Positions 42,880 to 46,235 of a stretch of DNA of 46,235 bases are shown here, piece after piece (within the stretch, counting starts at the first letter, position 1; the number at the start of each line of letters is the position of its first letter). The notes beneath the pieces are model-generated. The model was given only the letters and a program-made list of their open reading frames with translations. It did no database searches and was not told the DNA's origin. The DNA is from Hyphomicrobiales bacterium (GTDB taxonomy: Bacteria > Pseudomonadota > Alphaproteobacteria > Rhizobiales > JAJFHB01): positions 1 to 46,235 of the forward strand of contig JAJFHM010000086.1 of NCBI GenBank assembly GCA_021775625.1, in the 5' to 3' direction. The translations under genes were made by a program, and so were the position numbers.

Positions 42880-43611
42880 TCAACAGGTCCATTTTTCCGT
42901 ATAGGGCCTGAGTTCGATTTCGTTGCTCCAGGCCGACTTCGGCTGCTGGTGAGCCCACCAATACGTCTCCGCCACATCGTCTGTGTTGGCCAGGTTTTCG
43001 GGGTCGTACCTGTCGCCGTAAAGATCCCGCATCAACGGGACGTCGAGATCGCAGTCCAGTCTGAGATGCACCACATGCACGCCGTCTTTGGAATACGCCT
43101 TGGCCAGGCTCTGCGACAGCGCGCGCAACCCGAATTTACCGATGGCATAAAGCGGATGGGTGGCCGACCCGCGCAGGGCGGCGGTGGCGCTTGAGAACAA
43201 GACGCTGCCGTGTCCCCGTTTCCGCATGGCGGGCAGCACCGACTTGGCGGCTGCGAACGCACCGACGACCTCGACACGAAAGATCTCGTCGAGCTCCGCA
43301 TAAGACATTTCGAGCGGCTCGCATGCGGTGAAAGTGCCGCGGGCATTGTAGATGAGAACCTCCACGTCACCCATTTCATCTGCACTGCGGTGAAGCGCTT
43401 GTTCAACGGTTTCCGGCTGCAGGGCGTCTGCTGCGAAGAACCTGACCGCTGCCTCGGAATTCGCCGTGGCGGCGGCCTGGGCCGCAGCGCTGCTGCCGGT
43501 TTCGGACCGTGAGATCAGGGCGATGTCAAACCCGTTGCCGGCAAATTTGGCGGCCAGTGCCCGTCCGAGGCCTTCGCCGGCACCGACAATTGCACACACT
43601 GGTTGGGGCAT
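42880..43611 (-). CDS. SDR family oxidoreductase
   Basis: Rossmann motif (AIVGAGEGLGRALA), NARG, and the catalytic (SSATAALRG ... YAIGKFGLRAL) pattern. GGGAGGA lies upstream of the ATG. Confidence 0.88.
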   Translation of the reverse strand: MPQPVCAIVGAGEGLGRALAAKFAGNGFDIALISRSETGSSAAAQAAATANSEAAVRFFAADALQPETVEQALHRSADEMGDVEVLIYNARGTFTACEPLEMSYAELDEIFRVEVVGAFAAAKSVLPAMRKRGHGSVLFSSATAALRGSATHPLYAIGKFGLRALSQSLAKAYSKDGVHVVHLRLDCDLDVPLMRDLYGDRYDPENLANTDDVAETYWWAHQQPKSAWSNEIELRPYTEKWTC

Positions 43612-43643
43612 GGGGTCCTCCCGTTCGGGTGATCGTTACAGTT

Positions 43644-43961
43644 TCAACGGCCGTTTCGGGCGCGGGCAACATAGTAGGCAAGCGTGCTGACGCCTGCGAT
43701 GGCGGCGACGCCCCAGGAATACAAGGCGAGCAGGTCACCCGCTGCTGCTGCGCCCGCGCATTGCTCGGCACCGATGCTTTCAATGCAACGTCCATGCGCG
43801 CCTGCGAAGTAGAAGCCGAGGGCGATGCAGCCGCACATTACCACCGCGCCGGTGATGAGCCCCGCTCCCGATCCCGCCCTGGAGCCGACACCCCAGGGTG
43901 CATAGGGAGCGGCAACGACAACGGCGATCATCGCGGAAATAATCAGGGCATCGAGATACAT
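43644..43961 (-). CDS. small hydrophobic membrane protein, hypothetical
   Basis: 105 aa, Gly/Ala-rich, with about three TM segments. It lies 32 nt upstream of, and co-directional with, the SDR gene. There is no recognisable motif. Confidence 0.45.
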   Translation of the reverse strand: MYLDALIISAMIAVVVAAPYAPWGVGSRAGSGAGLITGAVVMCGCIALGFYFAGAHGRCIESIGAEQCAGAAAAGDLLALYSWGVAAIAGVSTLAYYVARARNGR

Positions 43962-44017
43962 TCGGGTTTGATCCTCGCAAGCCGGAATGCGTACAGCGCC
44001 GTCCGAACTGAAATATT

Positions 44018-44911
44018 TCAGGCTCTATCCTGCAGTTCAAGCAACCTCGTTCGAAGCAGTCCACGGAACTCATCGGAAAGCCGTGAGCTTGCCCGGTTGG
44101 CCGGGCGTATGAGTGCGAGTTGATACTCTATGGCGGGCTCGAACGGAACAAGTCTCAAGCCATCCGCCGTCACTTGCGCAGCCGTAATCGGATCGACAAT
44201 GGCAACCCCGCCGTTCTGATCCACAAAACTGCAGGCCGATGAGAAAAAATCGCACTCCAGCGCGACGTTCAGGTGCGCGCCTGCGTTTGAGAATGCTTTT
44301 CGAATTTGATGGTGGGTTTCATGCTCCGGAAACAGCACCGCGAACGGAACGCCGTCGAGATCGCCGGGGGTGATGGTTTCATGCTCGGCCAAAGCGTGGC
44401 CTGCGGGCAGGGCGCAAACGCAACGGTAATTGAAAGTCTCGATGTCCGTGGCCGGCAATCGAACTGGTGCCTCGACGATTGCAGTGTCAAAATTCTGCGA
44501 CATGACGAGTTGGCGCAATGCCGCTGAACTGCGCGACACCAGTTTGATTTGTATGCCGGGACGGTCCTTTCGAAACTGCGCGATGAGTTCAGGCATCAGT
44601 CTCCAGGCAATGCCGGGATAGCATAATATGGAAACTTCACCCTCGTTCAGGCGCTTTATTTCGCGGGCAATCTGGCTTACGCGGGATATGCTTTCGATGG
44701 CCTGTATCGCTGCTTGGTGAAACGAAAAGGCCTCGGGCGTCGGCTCCAGCGATCCCTTTGAGCGCTTGAACAACGTGAACCCGATCTCCCTTTCCAGTTG
44801 GGCAATCGTGATGCTGACCGTTGGCTGAGCCAGACCCAGTAATTCGGCAGCCCTGGTCATGGCGCCGGTTGTCAGCACCGCATCAAAACATCTCAGTTGT
44901 CGGATATCCAT
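44018..44911 (-). CDS. LysR family transcriptional regulator
   Basis: The wHTH N-terminus is (MDIRQLRCFDAVLTTGAMTRAAELLGLAQPTVSITIAQLEREIG), followed by a LysR substrate-binding domain. ATG 44911 is preferred to the extended ORF start. It is divergent from the TAXI gene. Confidence 0.92.
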   Translation of the reverse strand: MDIRQLRCFDAVLTTGAMTRAAELLGLAQPTVSITIAQLEREIGFTLFKRSKGSLEPTPEAFSFHQAAIQAIESISRVSQIAREIKRLNEGEVSILCYPGIAWRLMPELIAQFRKDRPGIQIKLVSRSSAALRQLVMSQNFDTAIVEAPVRLPATDIETFNYRCVCALPAGHALAEHETITPGDLDGVPFAVLFPEHETHHQIRKAFSNAGAHLNVALECDFFSSACSFVDQNGGVAIVDPITAAQVTADGLRLVPFEPAIEYQLALIRPANRASSRLSDEFRGLLRTRLLELQDRA

Positions 44912-44975
44912 GGCGCTATGTGAGCCTCGCTGATTTTGCAGGGTATAGAAAAATACAATACTACGGGCAAATGAT

Positions 44976-44990
44976 ATTATTTGACGCAAT
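44976..44990. promoter_or_regulatory. candidate LysR box (ATT-N9-AAT, fits T-N11-A) in the divergent LysR/TAXI promoter region
   Basis: ATTATTTGACGCAAT lies 65 nt from the LysR start and 80 nt from the TAXI start. This is a motif-level match only. Confidence 0.25.
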
Positions 44991-45069
44991 GTGTGTGACG
45001 CAGTCTAATTCTCCCATCAAAGGTGCGACACGCCAGAAAAAACCGTCGGCACCAAAGGGAGAATTCCAC

Positions 45070-46065
45070 ATGAAATTTATCAACAAAACCACATGCGCGG
45101 CGGGGTTGCTCGCCGTGTCCATGTTCGCCGGCGCTTCGGTCGGTCAAACGGCTGAAAAGACCTTCATCACAATCGGAACCGGCGGGCCCACAGGCGTTTA
45201 CTTTGTGTCCGGCAACGCCATCTGCCGGATGATACACAAGGAAGCAGCGGAAGGCCGCAAGGAAGGGCGCAAACACAACATCCGCTGCTCGGCGCCGTCA
45301 TCGGCCGGCTCTACCTACAACATCGCCCAGATCACCGAGGGCGAATTCGATTTCGGCGTGGCGCAATCTGACTGGCAGTACCACTCCTATAACGGCACGT
45401 CCGACAAGGTGACCCACAACGCCGACCTGCGCGCGGTGTTTTCAGTCCACCCGGAACCCTATCAGCTGATTGCAGCCAAAGGTTCGGGCATCACGTCCTG
45501 GACGGATTTGAAAGGCAAGAAGTTCAACATGGGCAATCCCGGTTCGGGCCAGCGCGCCACGACCGAACTTCTCATGGAGCGCTACAAGACACCCAAGGAT
45601 TATTTTGGCCTGGTCACCGAAATGACCTCGTCGGAGCACTCCAAGGCTTTATGTGACGGCAAGATCGACGCCTTCGGATATGTGGTCGGCATCCCCAACT
45701 CGGGCGTTGCCGTCGCCACGGAAGGCTGCGGTGCCTATATCGTCAATCTCAACACGGATGTGGAAAAAGGCCTGATCTCGGAGTTTCCGTTCTACGGCCC
45801 GGTCAACATTCCCAAGGGCGCTTATTCCTCCACAACCGCACCGGTAACGACGTTCGGCGGCTACGCGACCATCGTGTCGAGCGCCAAGGTGCCTGAAGCC
45901 GTGGTCTATGAAGTGGTGCGCGCGGTGTTCGAAAATCTCGATGACTTCAAGGCCCTGCATCCGGCCTATTCCATCCTCACACCTGAGGGCATGATAAAGA
46001 ACGGCATCTCGGCACCGCTGCATCCTGGCGCTGTGAAATACTACAAGGAAAAGGGTCTGATGTGA
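45070..46065 (+). CDS. TAXI-family TRAP transporter solute-binding subunit (second locus)
   Basis: Signal peptide (MKFINKTTCAAGLLAVSMFAGASVGQTA), then (TIGTGGPTGVYFVSGNAIC ... FDFGVAQSDWQYHSYNG ... LHPGAVKYYKEKG). It is a clear paralogue of the 18179..19147 product. ATG 45070 follows AAGGGAG. Confidence 0.92.
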   Translation: MKFINKTTCAAGLLAVSMFAGASVGQTAEKTFITIGTGGPTGVYFVSGNAICRMIHKEAAEGRKEGRKHNIRCSAPSSAGSTYNIAQITEGEFDFGVAQSDWQYHSYNGTSDKVTHNADLRAVFSVHPEPYQLIAAKGSGITSWTDLKGKKFNMGNPGSGQRATTELLMERYKTPKDYFGLVTEMTSSEHSKALCDGKIDAFGYVVGIPNSGVAVATEGCGAYIVNLNTDVEKGLISEFPFYGPVNIPKGAYSSTTAPVTTFGGYATIVSSAKVPEAVVYEVVRAVFENLDDFKALHPAYSILTPEGMIKNGISAPLHPGAVKYYKEKGLM

Positions 46066-46192
46066 TCTGCTGGCGGCCCGGCGTTTGCGTTGATGCGGGG
46101 CCTGCCTCCTTGCTCCTAACTCTCCCTGGCCGCCTCGTTGCAAACCTGCGCGGGGCGGCACCTTTTTTCACTCCTTTCCGGCTCGAAATCTA

Positions 46193-46235
46193 ATGGCATC
46201 ATCTGATGACATCGATGCTTTGGTCGAGAAGTTCG
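46193..46235 (+). CDS. probable 5' end of the cognate TAXI-TRAP fused permease (runs off the window)
   Basis: ATG 46193 gives MASSDDIDALVEKF, which resembles the acidic N-terminus of the 19239 permease (DDELEDLVASSD). The position after the binding-protein gene fits the operon layout. Only 14 codons are visible. Confidence 0.4.
   Translation, partial: MASSDDIDALVEKF

Noticed and set aside
1-46235. CRISPR arrays, rRNA genes, intact IS elements or transposases, prophage modules, and classic toxin-antitoxin or restriction-modification pairs.
   Set aside because: I found no regularly spaced short direct repeats. No transposase, recombinase (other than the truncated integrase), phage structural protein or methyltransferase/endonuclease signature appears in any of the six-frame translations.

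Overview
GC-rich (roughly 60% by eye) chromosomal window with alphaproteobacterial, Rhizobiales/Hyphomicrobiales-like gene content. It holds about 40 supported protein genes, one tRNA and several non-coding elements.

Gene order, left to right:
- LysR regulator fragment, acetoacetyl-CoA synthetase, and an orphan TadG/vWA protein behind an AT-rich tract.
- An orphan Fe(III)-type ABC permease with an Irr/ICE-like box, a PAS histidine kinase, and a phasin with an upstream palindrome.
- A DUF2269 plus SDR-DoxX gene pair.
- tRNA-His followed by a 1.4-kb decayed integrative-element remnant: a GNAT gene, a truncated integrase, and a 45-nt duplicate of the tRNA 3' half.
- An accessory-looking stretch: exported protein, flavin reductase fusion, atypical single-domain response regulator, and a neuB-neuC-neuA nonulosonic-acid cassette.
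- A TAXI-TRAP locus: binding protein, fused permease, universal stress protein, and a second, degenerate fused permease.
- A low-GC gap between convergent genes carrying phased TTAA-N7-TTAA repeats and a 14-codon ORF.
- Class-III aminotransferase, glycerate 2-kinase, molybdopterin oxidoreductase, FAH-family hydrolase, an unknown protein, and lutCBA.
- An HD-Pnk-like end-healing enzyme, then VOC, ThDP and CMD enzymes.
- A small membrane protein, a REC-adenylate cyclase next to an exported caspase-like protease, an SDR, and a LysR regulator with a second TAXI-TRAP locus.

Most interesting observations:
- A roughly 265-bp MITE-like inverted-repeat family is present twice. One copy exactly fills the lutA-lutB junction; the other is flanked by a 5-bp target-site duplication.
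- The CtrA-box-like array with a small ORF in a gap that needs no promoter.
- The stand-alone HD-Pnk-like gene.
- The REC-cyclase and caspase gene pair.
- The tRNA-His island scar.

No CRISPR array, rRNA or intact IS element or prophage was seen. All homology statements come from reading the translations, not from database searches.
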